The notes beneath the pieces are model-generated. The model saw only the letters and a program-made list of their open reading frames with translations, ran no database searches and had not been told where the DNA came from. This document shows, in pieces, positions 37,816 to 39,027 of a DNA stretch of 39,027 nucleotides. The position numbers and the translations under genes were made by a program. This DNA comes from Priapulus caudatus (Eukaryota): positions 848,821-887,847 of the forward strand of contig NW_014577064.1 in the NCBI RefSeq assembly GCF_000485595.1, read 5' to 3'. How positions within the stretch are numbered: the stretch's first letter is position 1; each line of letters opens with the position of its first letter.

Positions 37816-38907
37816 CGCGCGGGAGATATAAATGGTGAGAGATCAAGAGGGAGCGATATAGAAACAATAAATAGAGTAGGGCAGCGAGAAAAAAATTATA
37901 CAAGAAAAGAGCTTAAGATAATGTGTGAGATATAAAGAGAGAGAGAGAGGAAAGGAGATGAATAAATAACGCAGGGGAAAGAAGGAGAGTATCAAAGAGG
38001 AGCGGGTGCATGAAAGAATAGAACGGATAGTGATAACAGGGAATTGAGAGAGTGCGAACCGTAGTGGCCATATGTACGAGAAGGGGCAAACCTTGCTGGG
38101 GCAATTATGTTTTATCCGCGTTATATAGATTTTAGGGAACAAAACAGCTGGGCGGACACAAACGTACGTCTTTGAAAGCGCGTTCATGCGAATGCGCCAA
38201 TAGCATTGAAAAGCCAAAAAAATGGAACTGGAAAACTGGAAACTGGAAAATAACAGTAAAACTACCGGATAACATCGGTGGGCAGATGTCAACGACAAGT
38301 ACGTACAGCATGAGTGAAGAGGAACCCACCACATCCACGCCACGCATGCACTCACAGCGGTCGCACTGTCGTAGCAGCATAGGGGGGGGGGGTCGTATTC
38401 TGTCCGTAAAGTCTCGGACACCTCATCACTCAGATTTTTTTTATATGCTTGCACATTGGCTAGACCGGGAGATGGCACACCTGGGTTGGGTGCGCGCGCG
38501 CAGTAAGCAACGGAAGCAATTTCCGCGTTTGAGCGTTAAATTAGTATCGATCTGTGTAGCAGCATTTCAGCGAGCCGTTACTATATCAACGTGTGCGTAC
38601 GTATCTGCCTACGTGCGTGTATTCAAACGTGCGTACGTACGTGCGCGTATGAGTGTGTTCGTGCGTGCGTATGCATGTGCGCACATAACTGGCGCCAATG
38701 CGTGAGCATATTCATTATGGCGTGTGTCGACGCTGATTAGTGTTACGAGGGCGCCGTTTTTATCCCGCGGGCTGCTGAACGATTGTCTAATATTGATTTA
38801 ATAATAGATTACATAAACACATGGGACGATTGCTAATCGCCTACGACTCTATCTCGCCTCCCCGTGTGCTCGCTCAGCCTTGACGTCGATTACATAATGA
38901 TTACGAA

Positions 38908-39027
38908 CTCATGGTAGGGTAGGGTGCCTCATGGTAGGGTGCCTCATGGTAGGGTGCCTCATGGTAGGGTGCCTCATGGTAGGGTGCCTCATGGTAGGGT
39001 GCCTCATGGTAGGGTGCCTCATGGTAG
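38908..39027. repeat. 15-bp minisatellite CCTCATGGTAGGGTG, running off the window
   Basis: About 7-8 near-perfect units. Confidence 0.96.

Noticed and set aside
38172..38705. 177-aa ORF
   Set aside because: TTG start, runs through poly-G and a degenerate GTGC repeat, with no domain or splice support.

Overview
This is invertebrate-like animal genomic DNA (no CpG depletion, very microsatellite-rich, spliced gene) from a gap-filled scaffold. Positions 7771-34530 are not 27 kb of distinct DNA. They are one ~11.5-kb segment represented 2-3 times in mixed orientations; the copies differ mainly by single-base indels and are separated by two 25-N gaps. Flipping the gap-adjacent blocks restores near-seamless junctions, so this is most likely a long-read gap-filling artefact. 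The reconstructed locus is ~23.3 kb: 1-7770 + 23434-28110 + revcomp(28136-34530) + 34531-39027. It holds the probable first coding exon of an NMDA-type ionotropic glutamate receptor subunit (24102-24518, signal peptide plus start of the LIVBP-like ATD), a likely upstream exon and CpG-rich promoter region, and a long intron. The intron carries a non-autonomous Helitron with a Penelope GIY-YIG fragment, a minimal Penelope-type hammerhead ribozyme, Harbinger-like and pogo/Tigger-like MITEs, a MITE with internal TTAGGG repeats, and many micro/minisatellites. Nearly all other ORFs in the track are repeat translations. I see no well-supported novel multi-gene system.
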